From Alphaproteobacteria bacterium (GTDB lineage Bacteria > Pseudomonadota > Alphaproteobacteria > Bin95), in the NCBI GenBank assembly GCA_964291285.2, contig OZ219787.1, positions 1,984,001 to 2,048,000 on the forward strand: DNA of 64,000 nucleotides. Direction: 5' to 3'. The stretch's first letter is position 1, and every line of letters starts with the position of its first letter. The notes beneath the pieces were generated by a model. That model was not told where the DNA came from. It saw only the letters and a list, made by a program, of their open reading frames with translations, and made no database searches. Below are positions 22,593 to 32,686 of this stretch, one piece after another. The position numbers and the translations under genes are program-made.

Positions 22593-23291
22593 ATGGCGAA
22601 GGCCTATTCCCCCGACCTGCGCAAGCGGGTCCTTGCAGCCGTGGCGGAAGGGATGCCGCTTGCGGAGGCGGCGGAGCGGTTCCGGGTCAGCGTGCCGAGC
22701 ATCGTGCGCTGGCGCGCGCTCGAACGCGGGGGGCGGGGCGTCGGGCCGAAACCGTTCGCCGGGGGCCGGCGGCCGGTGCGGGTCGAGGCGGCGCGGGATA
22801 CCATCCTCGCCCTCCTGCGCGAAAATCCGGGCCTCTCTACCGAAGCCCTGCGCGCGGCGCTGGCGAAGCGCGGCCTCGTCTTCAGCTACGGCTCGCTCTA
22901 CCGTTTCCGCCAACGCCACGGCGTCCGGCGCCGCGAAGACCGCTGCGAGGCGCGGGTGGGAGCGGCGCGGGAGGCGATCTTCGCCCTTATGAGAGGAAAT
23001 CCGGGCCTCCCGACCCGCGCGCTCCGCGCAGCCCTGGCGGAGCGCGGCTTCGTCCTGGACTACGGCACCCTCCACCGGTTTCTCGCGCGCCACGGTTTGA
23101 AGGGCAAGAAGGCGGGCCGGCAGGACGGTCCGGCTGCCGGAAACGGCCGTACCGGCCCCCGGGCTCTTGCCGACGACCTGCGGCAGCGGATCGTTGCAGC
23201 CGTGGCGGCGGGGATGTCCTATGCGGAGGCGGGCCGGTTGTTCCGCGTCAACCCGGTCACCATCGCCCGCTGGCACGGGCGCCGGCGGTAA
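22593..23291 (+). CDS. IS630-transposase-derived multi-HTH protein lacking a DDE domain
   Basis: MAKAYSPDLRKRVLAAV..AAERFRVS..VRW; two copies of the second HTH; C-terminal repeat of the first HTH (DDLRQRIVAAV..AGRLFRVN..IARW); GGAGG RBS. Confidence 0.8.
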   Translation: MAKAYSPDLRKRVLAAVAEGMPLAEAAERFRVSVPSIVRWRALERGGRGVGPKPFAGGRRPVRVEAARDTILALLRENPGLSTEALRAALAKRGLVFSYGSLYRFRQRHGVRRREDRCEARVGAAREAIFALMRGNPGLPTRALRAALAERGFVLDYGTLHRFLARHGLKGKKAGRQDGPAAGNGRTGPRALADDLRQRIVAAVAAGMSYAEAGRLFRVNPVTIARWHGRRR

Positions 23292-23330
23292 AGCGGGGCA
23301 GCGGGCGGCCTGCCTGCCGCCCGCGATCGG

Positions 23331-23613
23331 CCGAAACGGATTTTCGAGGCCCGCCCCGAGGGCGCCTGCGCTCGACCGAAACGGACTGTTCGCACCGGCC
23401 TCCGAGGCAACCCATGCCGGGGCGGAGACGCCGAATCCGGCCGTCCGGAAACAGGGCGATGCTCAACCGAAACGGATTTTCGAGGCCTGCCCCGAGGGCC
23501 CTGCGCTCGACCGAAGCCGGCTGTTCGCACCGGCCTCCGAGGCAACCCATGCCGGGGCGGAGACGCCGAATCCGGCCGTCCGGAAACAGGGCGATGCTCA
23601 ACCGAAACGGATT
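23331..23613. repeat. Tandem repeat, units of 136 and 135 bp plus a 12-bp partial third unit
   Basis: Units start with CCGAAACGGATT at 23331, 23467 and 23602; bodies nearly identical. Confidence 0.92.
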
Positions 23614-23761
23614 GCCGCCGGCGGCGGGCGCACGTCGCCGGTTGCTCTGCGGGAGCCCCTTTCGCCCAGGCTTTCCTGCCGCAGCGATCCGCCGCGACCG
23701 TTCGTCAGGGTGGCAAGTCCTTCATCCGCTTCGTCCCCGCCCGTTCCTCCGGTCCGCCCCT

Positions 23762-23790
23762 ATATGGGGGCGTTGTTCCTGCATGGCAAG
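23762..23790 (-). promoter_or_regulatory. RpoH-like promoter facing the tandem repeat
   Basis: Minus strand CTTG-N18-CCCATAT, same geometry as the clpB promoter. Confidence 0.5.
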
Positions 23791-23938
23791 GTTTCAGGGA
23801 AAAAATACCCTGATATTCCGGCAGGCGGTCCGGGACGGGCGCGGCGGCCGCCGGCCGGCGGCGCTCCGATTGACAGCGCTACGGTCCGGGACTAGGGAGA
23901 ACGGTGCATTGTCCTTGCGCGTGAGACAGGCTTCTTCC

Positions 23939-24322
23939 ATGGCATCCGACAACCGGCCGCTGTCGCCGCATCTCCAGATTTACCGCCCGCAACTCACCTC
24001 CATGCTCTCCATCGCCCATCGCGGCGCCGGGATTGCGCTGGGCGCGGGCGCGGCGTTCTTCGCCTGGTGGCTGCTGGCCGCCGCCTCGGGGCCGGAGGCC
24101 TACGGAGCCGCGCAATCCTTCTTCGGTTCGGTCCCGGGCATCATCGTCCTGGCGGGCTTCTCCTTTGCGCTCTTCTATCATCTCTGCAACGGCATCAGGC
24201 ACCTGTTCTGGGATGCGGGCATGGGGCTGGAACTCGACCAGGCCTACCGGTCCGGCTGGGCGGTCGTCGCGGCGGCGGCCGTGCTGACCGCGGGCGCCTG
24301 GCTCTGGGCCTGCGCGGGCTGA
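23939..24322 (+). CDS. sdhC: Succinate dehydrogenase cytochrome b556 subunit
   Basis: RPLSPHLQIYRPQLTSMLSIAHR, YHLCNGIRHLFWDAG. Confidence 0.96.
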   Translation: MASDNRPLSPHLQIYRPQLTSMLSIAHRGAGIALGAGAAFFAWWLLAAASGPEAYGAAQSFFGSVPGIIVLAGFSFALFYHLCNGIRHLFWDAGMGLELDQAYRSGWAVVAAAAVLTAGAWLWACAG

Positions 24323-24341
24323 GCGGGGGAGGCGGGAGCCC

Positions 24342-24722
24342 ATGGAATTCAGGACATCCGCCAAGGCGGTGCGCGGGCTGGGTTCGGCCCGGGAGGGCGC
24401 GGCGCACTGGTGGGCGCAGCGGATGACGGCGCTGGCGCTGGTGCCGCTCAGCGTCTGGTTCGCGGTCTCGGTCATCCGGCTCGCCGGCGCGGACCACGGC
24501 GCGTTCGCGGAATGGCTCGCCTCGCCCTTCAACGCCGTCGCCATGCTGCTGTTCACGGTCGCCGGCTTCCACCACGCCGCGCTCGGGCTGCAGGTGGTGC
24601 TGGAAGACTACATTTCCGGCGAAGGCCGGCGGGTCGCGGCCATCGTGGCCGTCAAGGGCGCATGCTGGGCGCTCGCCGCCGCCTGCGCCTTCGCCGTCCT
24701 CAAGATCGCTCTCGGAGGCTGA
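24342..24722 (+). CDS. sdhD: Succinate dehydrogenase membrane anchor
   Basis: GLGSAREGAAHWWAQR, HAALGLQVVLEDY. Confidence 0.96.
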   Translation: MEFRTSAKAVRGLGSAREGAAHWWAQRMTALALVPLSVWFAVSVIRLAGADHGAFAEWLASPFNAVAMLLFTVAGFHHAALGLQVVLEDYISGEGRRVAAIVAVKGACWALAAACAFAVLKIALGG

Positions 24723-24731
24723 GGCGCCCCC

Positions 24732-26534
24732 ATGAACGCCAACGGCAAACCCGCATACGAGGTGACCGACCACAGCTACGACGTCGTCGTCGTCGGCGGC
24801 GGCGGCTCCGGCCTGCGCGCAACGCTCGGATGCGTCCAGGCCGGGCTGAAGACCGCCTGCGTCACCAAGGTGTTCCCGACCCGCAGCCACACCGTCGCCG
24901 CGCAGGGCGGCATCGCCGCCAGCCTTGCCAACATGAGCGAGGACGACTGGCGCTGGCACATGTACGACACGGTGAAGGGCGCGGACTGGCTCGGCGACCA
25001 GGACGCCATCGAATATATGTGCCGCAACGCCGTGCCGGCGGTGATCGAGCTCGAACATTTCGGCATGCCGTTCTCGCGCACGCCGGAAGGCAGGATCTAC
25101 CAGCGGCCCTTCGGCGGCCACATGAAGAACTGGGGCGAGAGCCCCGCACAGCGCGCCTGCGCGGCCGCCGACCGGACCGGCCACGCGCTGCTGCACACGC
25201 TCTACCAGCAGAGCCTGCGCCACGCGGCGGAGTTCTTCGTCGAGTATTTCGCGCTCGACCTCGTCATGGGGCCGGAGGGCGACTGCCGGGGCGTCGTCGC
25301 CTGGAACCTCGACGACGGCACGATCCACTGCTTCCGGGCGAAGCTGGTGATCCTGGCCACCGGCGGCTACGGGCGCTCCTATTTCTCCTGCACCTCGGCG
25401 CATACCTGCACCGGCGACGGCAACGGCATGGTCGCGCGCGCGGGCCTGCCGAACCAGGACATGGAGTTCGTGCAGTTCCACCCGACCGGCATCTACGGCG
25501 CCGGCTGCCTCATCACCGAAGGCGCGCGCGGCGAGGGCGGCTACCTCACCAACTCCGAGGGCGAGCGCTTCATGGAGCGCTATGCGCCGACGGCGCGCGA
25601 CCTCGCCTCGCGCGATGTCGTCTCGCGCTCGATGACCGTCGAAATCCTGGAAGGCCGCGGCGTCGGCGCGGGCAACGACCATATCTTCCTGCACCTGGAG
25701 CATCTGGGCGGCGACGTGCTCCAGCGCCGCCTGCCGGGCATCACCGAGACGGCGCGCATCTTCGCCGGCGTCGATGCCTCCCGCGAGCCGATCCCGGTGC
25801 TGCCGACGGTCCACTACAATATGGGCGGCATCCCGACCAACTATCACGGCGAGGTGCTGAGCCCGACCGCCGACGACCCGGACAGGGTCGTGCCGGGGCT
25901 GATGGCGGTCGGCGAATGCGCGTGCGTCTCCGTGCACGGCGCGAACCGGCTCGGCTGCAACTCGCTGCTCGACCTTGTCGTGTTCGGGCGCGCGGCGGGG
26001 CTGCGCGCGGCCGAGACAGTGGACGGCCCGGGCGCCGTGCCGGATGCGCCGGCGGATGCGGCCGAACGCCCGCTCGCCAGGCTCGACCGCCTGCGCCACG
26101 CCTCCGGCTCGCTGATGACCGGCGAAATCCGCGACGGCATGCAGCGCATCATGCAGAACAACGCCGCCGTGTTCCGCGACGCCGGGGTGCTGGAGGAGGG
26201 CTGCCGCCAGATGGACCAGTCCGCCGCCAGCCTTTCCGACATCAGGCTCTCCGACCGCTCGATGATCTGGAACTCGGACCTCGTCGAGGCGCTGGAGCTC
26301 GAGAACCTGATGGTCTGCTCCATGTCCACCATGTTCTCCGCGGAGGCGCGCAAGGAGAGCCGGGGCGCGCACGCCCGCGAGGACCTGCCCGACCGGGACG
26401 ACGAGAACTGGATGGTGCACACGCTCGCCGCTTGCGACGAGGACTGCAAGGTCACGCTCTCATACCGCCCGGTGCACGATTACACCCTGACCGGCGAGGT
26501 GGAGTACATCCCGCCGGTCGAGCGGGTTTACTAG
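24732..26534 (+). CDS. sdhA: Succinate dehydrogenase flavoprotein subunit
   Basis: [38 protein letters not shown]. Confidence 0.98.
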   Translation: MNANGKPAYEVTDHSYDVVVVGGGGSGLRATLGCVQAGLKTACVTKVFPTRSHTVAAQGGIAASLANMSEDDWRWHMYDTVKGADWLGDQDAIEYMCRNAVPAVIELEHFGMPFSRTPEGRIYQRPFGGHMKNWGESPAQRACAAADRTGHALLHTLYQQSLRHAAEFFVEYFALDLVMGPEGDCRGVVAWNLDDGTIHCFRAKLVILATGGYGRSYFSCTSAHTCTGDGNGMVARAGLPNQDMEFVQFHPTGIYGAGCLITEGARGEGGYLTNSEGERFMERYAPTARDLASRDVVSRSMTVEILEGRGVGAGNDHIFLHLEHLGGDVLQRRLPGITETARIFAGVDASREPIPVLPTVHYNMGGIPTNYHGEVLSPTADDPDRVVPGLMAVGECACVSVHGANRLGCNSLLDLVVFGRAAGLRAAETVDGPGAVPDAPADAAERPLARLDRLRHASGSLMTGEIRDGMQRIMQNNAAVFRDAGVLEEGCRQMDQSAASLSDIRLSDRSMIWNSDLVEALELENLMVCSMSTMFSAEARKESRGAHAREDLPDRDDENWMVHTLAACDEDCKVTLSYRPVHDYTLTGEVEYIPPVERVY

Positions 26535-26552
26535 CGAGGAACGGCAACGCCC

Positions 26553-27329
26553 ATGGCCCAGCTCACCCTGCCGAAGAACTCCAGGGTCGGCGCCGGCAAG
26601 ACCTGGCCCGCACCGGCGGGCGCCGGGAAGACGCGGCGCTTCAAGGTCTATCGCTGGTCTCCGGACGAGGGCGGCAACCCGCGCGTCGACAGCTACGATG
26701 TGGACATGGACAGCTGCGGGCCGATGGTCCTGGACGCGCTCATCAAGATCAAGAACGAGGTCGATTCCACGCTGACCTTCCGCCGGTCCTGCCGCGAGGG
26801 CATCTGCGGGTCCTGCGCGATGAATATCGACGGGACCAACACGCTCGCCTGCACCCAGGCCATCGCGGACATACGCGGCGACGTGAAGATCTACCCGCTG
26901 CCGCATCTCAGGGTGGTCAAGGACCTTGTGCCGGACCTGAACGAGGCCTATGCGCAACTCGCGTCGGTCGAGCCCTGGCTCAAGACGGTGAGCGCGCCGC
27001 CGGAGCGCGAACGCCTCCAGTCGGAAGAGGACCGCGGCAGGCTGGACGGGCTCTGGGAGTGCATCCTCTGCTTCTGCTGCGCCACGAGCTGCCCGAGCTA
27101 CTGGTGGAACGGCGAGCGCTATCTCGGGCCGGCGGTGCTCTTGCAGGCGTACCGCTGGGTCGCCGACAGCCGCGACGAGATGACCGGCGAGCGTCTGGAC
27201 GACCTCCAGGACCCGTTCCGGCTCTATCGCTGCCACACCATCATGAACTGCACCAAGACCTGCCCCAAGGGCCTCAATCCGGCCAAGGCGATTGCCGAGA
27301 TCAAGAAGCTCATGGTGGCGCGGCGCTGA
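26553..27329 (+). CDS. sdhB: Succinate dehydrogenase iron-sulfur subunit
   Basis: [34 protein letters not shown]. Confidence 0.98.
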   Translation: MAQLTLPKNSRVGAGKTWPAPAGAGKTRRFKVYRWSPDEGGNPRVDSYDVDMDSCGPMVLDALIKIKNEVDSTLTFRRSCREGICGSCAMNIDGTNTLACTQAIADIRGDVKIYPLPHLRVVKDLVPDLNEAYAQLASVEPWLKTVSAPPERERLQSEEDRGRLDGLWECILCFCCATSCPSYWWNGERYLGPAVLLQAYRWVADSRDEMTGERLDDLQDPFRLYRCHTIMNCTKTCPKGLNPAKAIAEIKKLMVARR

Positions 27330-27357
27330 CGATTCAGCGGGACTGGACGCCGCGGTA

Positions 27358-29208
27358 ATGGACGGCGAGCTCGGTCCGGTCCTGGCCTTCGGGGCCATAG
27401 CGGTGGCGCTGGCGCTCTATGCGACGCCGAAGCTGCCGCTGGAATTCTCCTCGCTGTTCGTGGTCTGCCTGCTCCTGGTGGCCTTCTACGCCTTTCCGCA
27501 GACCGGGCCGGACGGCCGCAATCTGCTCGGGCCGGAATCCCTGCTCGCCGGGTTCGCCAACCCCGCGCTCCTGGCATTGCTCGGCTTGATCGTGATGGGG
27601 CAGGGGCTGGCGCAGACCGGCGCGCTCGACCACGGCGCCCGCGCGCTTCTCCGGATTGCCGGCGGGCGGACCGAGACGGCGCTGGTCGCGTCCTTGCTCG
27701 CCGTATTGCTCATCAGCGGGGTGCTCAACAACACGCCGGTCGTCGTCATCTTCATCCCGATCCTCCAGACCTTCGCGAGCCGTGGCGGCGCGCCGCCCAG
27801 CCGGTCGATGATGGTGCTCAGCTTCGCCTCGATCCTCGGCGGCATGACGACACTGATCGGCTCCAGCACAAACCTGCTGGTCTCCGGCATGCTGACCGAT
27901 CTCGGCGAACCGGGCTTCGGCTTCTTCGATTTCACCTTGCCGGGCCTCGCCGTGGCTTTGCCCGGCCTGGTGTTCGCGATTCTGGTGGTTCGCCGGCTGC
28001 TGCCGGAGCGCAGCGCTGCGGGAGGCACCGGGATTGCGACCGGCCGGCAGTTCCTTGCACAGATCGACGTCGTGGCGGGCCGGCCGCTGGACGGGCTGAT
28101 GCCGGCCGGCGGCTTCTTCCCGGACCTTGCCGATGTGACGGTCCACGCCATCAGGCGCGGCGAAGCTCGCCTGCTGCCGCCCTTCGGCGGGGAGGCGGCG
28201 CCGCAGCCGGGCGACATCCTGATCGTGAGCGCCACGCGGCAGGCACTGACCGACGCCGTCCGCGGCGAGATGGACCTGCTGCACCCCTCGCTCGGCGACA
28301 GCTGGGCCGTGCGCGACGACGAGACCCACGGCAAGCCGCCCTGGCTGCGCGGGCGCCAGCTGCTCGGCGAGGTGCTGGTGACACCCGGCTCCGAGCTCAT
28401 CGGCCGCACGCTGGAGCAGATCGGTTTCCGCTACCGCTACAACTGCGTGGTCGTCGGCGTGCAGCGCCGCGCGGCGCGCCGCCACGGGCCGATCACCGAC
28501 CTGCCGCTCGCCGCCGGCGACGTGCTGCTGGTGCAGGGCACGGCGGAAGCGAAGGCGGCACTGCGGGGGCGGCCCGGCATCCTGCCGATCGAGTGGTCCG
28601 CAAGCGAGGTGCCGTCGGCTCCGGAAGCGCGGCGCGCGCTCGCGATCTTCGCGGTCGTGGTGGGACTGGCGGCGTTGGATATCCTGCCCATCGTCATCGG
28701 CGCCATGGCGGGGGCGGCCGCCATGCTGGCGACGGGCGTGATGACCTTGCGCCAGGCCGGGCGCGCGATCGGGGCCGACCTCGTGCTGACCATTGCCGCG
28801 GCGCTCGCTCTCGGCAAGGCGCTGCAGGAAACCGGCGGGGCCGCGATCCTGTCCGACCTGCTGGCGGGCGCACTGGCCGGCGCGCCGGTGTCGGTGGTGC
28901 TGTCCGCCTTCTTCCTGCTGGTGGCGGGGCTTGCGAACCTGGTCGGCACGAAGGCGGTGGCGGTGTTGTTCACGCCGATAGCCGTTTCGCTCGCCCAGGG
29001 CCTCGGCGCCCCGGTGGAGCCCTTCGCGGTGGCCGTTGTCTTCGCGGCCAACTGCGCCTTCGCGACGCCGATGGGCTACCAGACCAACCTGCTGGTCATG
29101 GGCCCCGCCGGATACCGCTTCCAGGACTATGTGCGCGCCGGCCTGCCGATGCTGCTCTTCGTCTGGGCGACGGCGAGCCTTGTGCTGCCCTTCTATTACG
29201 GCCTTTAG
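27358..29208 (+). CDS. SLC13-family permease with TrkA-C domains
   Basis: LNNTPVV, GGMTTLIGSSTNLLV, FATPMGYQTNLLVMGPAGYRFQDY. Confidence 0.9.
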   Translation: MDGELGPVLAFGAIAVALALYATPKLPLEFSSLFVVCLLLVAFYAFPQTGPDGRNLLGPESLLAGFANPALLALLGLIVMGQGLAQTGALDHGARALLRIAGGRTETALVASLLAVLLISGVLNNTPVVVIFIPILQTFASRGGAPPSRSMMVLSFASILGGMTTLIGSSTNLLVSGMLTDLGEPGFGFFDFTLPGLAVALPGLVFAILVVRRLLPERSAAGGTGIATGRQFLAQIDVVAGRPLDGLMPAGGFFPDLADVTVHAIRRGEARLLPPFGGEAAPQPGDILIVSATRQALTDAVRGEMDLLHPSLGDSWAVRDDETHGKPPWLRGRQLLGEVLVTPGSELIGRTLEQIGFRYRYNCVVVGVQRRAARRHGPITDLPLAAGDVLLVQGTAEAKAALRGRPGILPIEWSASEVPSAPEARRALAIFAVVVGLAALDILPIVIGAMAGAAAMLATGVMTLRQAGRAIGADLVLTIAAALALGKALQETGGAAILSDLLAGALAGAPVSVVLSAFFLLVAGLANLVGTKAVAVLFTPIAVSLAQGLGAPVEPFAVAVVFAANCAFATPMGYQTNLLVMGPAGYRFQDYVRAGLPMLLFVWATASLVLPFYYGL

Positions 29209-29217
29209 CGGACCGGA

Positions 29218-30114
29218 CTACCCGTCGCCCGGCACGGTACCCGCCGGCAGGCTCTCGACATGGCGGCAGATCTCGCCGGGGCGGGTGAGCCAGATGCGGT
29301 CCCGGTGCCGGGCGATATGCTCGAACGCGCGCCGCAGCGCGCGCATCCGGTAGGGCCGGCCGACGACGAAGGGATGCAGCGAGATCGGGAAGACCAGCGG
29401 CATGGCGGTGGACTGGTCGAGCATCTCGTCGAAACAGTCGATCAGCATGCGGGCATAGTCGTCGGAGGAGTATCGGAACCAGACGAGCGCGCGGTTGTCG
29501 TTGGTCTCGATGGGGTAGGGCATGGAGAGGATGCGCCCGCCCGAGCGCGTGCGCATCCAGACCGGCTGGTCGTCATGCGTCCAGTCCATCACATAGCGGT
29601 AGCCGGCCTCCTGCAGCAGGTCGAGCGTGACCGCGCTGTTGGAGAGCCAGGGGCTCATCCAGCCGGTCGGCGGCGCGCCTTCGTTCTCGGCAATGGCGCG
29701 CGTCACCTCCTCGATATGCGCGCGCTCCCCGTCTTCCGGCAGCCCGCCCTGTTCGTCCGAGTTGGTGACGCCGTGGCCCAGGATCTCGTCGCCCCGCGCC
29801 CTGAGCCGTTCCGTAATGTCGGGGCAGTGCTCATAGACGGCGGTGTTGATCTGCGCCTGGCAGGGAATGTCGAGCGCGTCGAACATCTCGAACAGCCGCC
29901 AGATGCCGACGCGGTTGCCGTAGTCGCGCCAGGAATAGACCGACGCGCTGACCGCCTGGTCCGGCGGCGCGACGCCCGCGCCCTTGCCGCGCCCCCAGGC
30001 GAACACCTCGACATTGAGCGCGACATAGACGGCGAGCCGGTTCCCGTCCGGCCAGTCATAGACCGGGCGCGAGACGATGCTCGAATGGTCGTAGCGTCCG
30101 TGGGTCTCAAGCAT
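29218..30114 (-). CDS. Polysaccharide deacetylase family protein (PuuE-like)
   Basis: WRDYGNRVGIWRL, GHG, GWMSPW, ISLHPFVVGRPYR. Confidence 0.88.
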   Translation of the reverse strand: MLETHGRYDHSSIVSRPVYDWPDGNRLAVYVALNVEVFAWGRGKGAGVAPPDQAVSASVYSWRDYGNRVGIWRLFEMFDALDIPCQAQINTAVYEHCPDITERLRARGDEILGHGVTNSDEQGGLPEDGERAHIEEVTRAIAENEGAPPTGWMSPWLSNSAVTLDLLQEAGYRYVMDWTHDDQPVWMRTRSGGRILSMPYPIETNDNRALVWFRYSSDDYARMLIDCFDEMLDQSTAMPLVFPISLHPFVVGRPYRMRALRRAFEHIARHRDRIWLTRPGEICRHVESLPAGTVPGDG

Positions 30115-30886
30115 GGGGCTTCTCCGCCAGGAATTCGGCAAGCCGCGCATTGTATGCGTCCGGCTTCTCGGCATAGGCCGCGTGGCCCGCGCCCTCGAAG
30201 TGGGTGATACGGGCGTCGGGGAGCAGCGCGGCGATTTCCTCCCCGCGTTCCGGCGGCGCGATGCCGTCCTGCCTGCCGCAAAGCACGAGCGCCGGGAGGC
30301 CGAGCGCCCGGAGGATATCGCGGTTGTCGGTCCCGTTCAGCACGGCGACGCCGCCGGCGAACGCCTCGCGCGTCACCTCGCCCGCGATCAGGGCGAGGCG
30401 CGCCAGCACGTCCGCCGACGCTCCCGGCGCGGCCATGCCCGCGGCCCGCGTCCTGCCGCGTTCCTCGGGCGTGAGCGTGTCGAATTCCCGCAGCCGTTCT
30501 TCCCATCCGAGCGCTCCGACGAAGCCGGCGCGCGTCCCGGACAGGACGAGCCTTTCGATACGGCCCGGATGGCGGGCGGCGACGCGCGGCGCGATGATTC
30601 CGCCCATGGAGTGGCCGAGCAGCACGGCCGTTTCGACGCCGAGCCGGTCCAGCAGGCCCGCCGCCTCGTCGGCCCAGCGGTCGGCGGATGCCTCCGGCGC
30701 CGGGTCGGAGCCGCCGAAGCCGGGCGCATCCCAGCCGATCACCCGATGGCTGGCGGCGAAGGCCCGGTATTGCTCCTCCCAGGTCTTCGAGCTGCCGCCG
30801 ATGCCGTGCATCAGCATCAGCGCAGGCCCCTCGCCCGCCTCGCGATAGGCGATCGGGCCAGACCGGCTGAGTTCGGGCAGGGTCAT
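30107..30886 (-). CDS. Alpha/beta fold hydrolase
   Basis: HGIGG, DAPGFGGS, GHSMGG, GAGH. Confidence 0.9.
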   Translation of the reverse strand: MTLPELSRSGPIAYREAGEGPALMLMHGIGGSSKTWEEQYRAFAASHRVIGWDAPGFGGSDPAPEASADRWADEAAGLLDRLGVETAVLLGHSMGGIIAPRVAARHPGRIERLVLSGTRAGFVGALGWEERLREFDTLTPEERGRTRAAGMAAPGASADVLARLALIAGEVTREAFAGGVAVLNGTDNRDILRALGLPALVLCGRQDGIAPPERGEEIAALLPDARITHFEGAGHAAYAEKPDAYNARLAEFLAEKPHA

Positions 30887-30940
30887 CGGAAGGCTCCTCT
30901 CATCGACGCCTCGGCATCGTGGCGTTGCGGCTGGCGGCAA

Positions 30941-31792
30941 TCAAGGCCGGCCGGGCCGGGTGGTCAGGATGGCGGCGGCGACGACCATGACGCCGCCGGA
31001 GACGATCCAGATGTCGGGCAGGTCGCCCCAGAGCCACCAGCCGAAACCGACCGCCCAGACAAGGCTGAGATAGCGCAGCGGCGAGACGAGCGAGGCCGGC
31101 GCAAGGCGGAAGGATGCGATGATGAGATATTGCGCGATGCCCGCCATGATGCCGGCGGCGCCGAACAGCAGCCAGTCGAACCAGCCGGGCCAGTGCGCCT
31201 CCCAGAACAGGCTGAGGCCGCCGCCGACCAGCGTCAGGACCTGGCTGTAGAGGAAGATGGTCGTGGAGGCCTCCAGCGTGCCGAGCTTGCGGGTGATGAC
31301 GTCGCGGCCGGCGGAGATGACGGCCGCTGTGATGGGCACGATCACCGCCCACTGGAACGCCGAAGTGCCGGGGCGCATCATCACCAGCACGCCGACGAAA
31401 CCGATGAGAACGGCGGCCCAGCCGCGCCATCCGACGCGCTCGCGGAGGAAAATGGCGGACATGATCGTCAGGATGACCGGGCTCACGAAGACGACCGCCA
31501 TGGCGTCGGCCAGCGGCAGCACGGCCCAGGACATCACGATGACAAGGCTGCAAAGGACCGCGAGCACGCCGCGCAGCATGGTCAGCTTCGGCGCGCGGGG
31601 CACCGCCAGCCGCCAGCCGCCGTCGCGGCGCATCAGCCAGGCGACGACCGCCATGCCCGAAATCGTGCGGTAGAACAGGATTTCGCCGGAATGGTAGTCG
31701 GCGGTGAGCCATTTCGCGATGGCGTCCTGCGCCGTCAGGATGATGGTGCTGAGCACCATGTAGAGCGCGCCCAGCCGCGCATCCCTGTCCAC
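30941..31792 (-). CDS. DMT/EamA family transporter
   Basis: About 10 hydrophobic segments, LRERVGWR, PLRYLSLVWA; start approximate (GTG). Confidence 0.85.
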   Translation of the reverse strand: MDRDARLGALYMVLSTIILTAQDAIAKWLTADYHSGEILFYRTISGMAVVAWLMRRDGGWRLAVPRAPKLTMLRGVLAVLCSLVIVMSWAVLPLADAMAVVFVSPVILTIMSAIFLRERVGWRGWAAVLIGFVGVLVMMRPGTSAFQWAVIVPITAAVISAGRDVITRKLGTLEASTTIFLYSQVLTLVGGGLSLFWEAHWPGWFDWLLFGAAGIMAGIAQYLIIASFRLAPASLVSPLRYLSLVWAVGFGWWLWGDLPDIWIVSGGVMVVAAAILTTRPGRP

Positions 31793-31834
31793 GAGCCGCT
31801 TGTTCCCGCCACCGGAGGGCGTAGAGTAACCGTC

Positions 31835-32686
31835 ATGGAAGCATTCGTCTCTACGGAATGGCTGGCGGCGCGCCTGGACGATCCGGCGCTCCGCATTCTC
31901 GACGCGACCGTCCACCTGCATGCCCTGCCGGGCGGCGACATGCGGGCCGAGAGCGGGCGCGGGGACTATCTCAAGGGCCATATTCCGGGCGCCGTGTTCG
32001 CGGACCTCATCGGCGACCTCTCCGACCCGGAGAGCAGGTTCCGGTTCACCCTGCCGGATGCGGCGCGCTTCGGTGCCGCGATGGGCGCGCTCGGCGTCTC
32101 CAACGACAGCGCCGTGGTGGTCTATAGCGGCGGGTCGCCGAACTGGGCGCCGCGGCTCTGGTGGATGCTCAGGGCCTTCGGCCACGACCGGGCGGCAGTG
32201 CTGGACGGCGGCTGGGGCAAGTGGAAGGCCGAAGAGCGACCGACTGCCGCCGGGAACGAAACGGTTGCGCCCGCAGTCTTCGAGGCGGAACGCAGGCCCG
32301 GTTATTTCGTCGGGCAGGGCGAGGTCGAGGCAGCGCTCGCCGATCCGGGCGCGGTGGTGCTGAACTCGTTGACGGCCGAGCAGCACGCTGGCGGCGCGCC
32401 GCATTACGGGCGTCCGGGCCGGATTGCCGGGACGGTCAACGTGTCGAGCCGCGACCTCGTCGATCCGGCGACGGGCGCGATGCTGCCTATGTCCGCGGTC
32501 CGGCAGAAGTTCGACGAGGCGGGCGCGCTCGAAGCCGAGCGCGTGGTGACCTATTGCGGCGGCGGCATCGCGGCAAGCCTCGGCGCGATGGCCCTGCACC
32601 TGCTGGGGCAGGAGAATGTCGCCGTCTATGACGATTCCCTCCAGGCGTGGGCGCGCGACCCGTCGCTGCCGATGGAGACGGGATGA
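31835..32686 (+). CDS. Tandem-rhodanese sulfurtransferase (SseA-like)
   Basis: VSTEWLA, GHIPGAVF, RLWWML, VLDGG, YCGGG active loop. Confidence 0.9.
   Translation: MEAFVSTEWLAARLDDPALRILDATVHLHALPGGDMRAESGRGDYLKGHIPGAVFADLIGDLSDPESRFRFTLPDAARFGAAMGALGVSNDSAVVVYSGGSPNWAPRLWWMLRAFGHDRAAVLDGGWGKWKAEERPTAAGNETVAPAVFEAERRPGYFVGQGEVEAALADPGAVVLNSLTAEQHAGGAPHYGRPGRIAGTVNVSSRDLVDPATGAMLPMSAVRQKFDEAGALEAERVVTYCGGGIAASLGAMALHLLGQENVAVYDDSLQAWARDPSLPMETG

Noticed and set aside
22593-23291. Intact IS630 element here or at 55296
   Set aside because: No DDE catalytic ORF, slippery site or terminal inverted repeats could be seen
23331-23613. Repeat region as a CRISPR array
   Set aside because: Intervening sequences are duplicated rather than unique, spacing is irregular and the core repeat is only 10-16 bp
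23670-23710. Hammerhead-like CTGACGA...GAAA on the minus strand
   Set aside because: Stem II does not close directly on the core, and no convincing stems I/III or cleavage triplet were found
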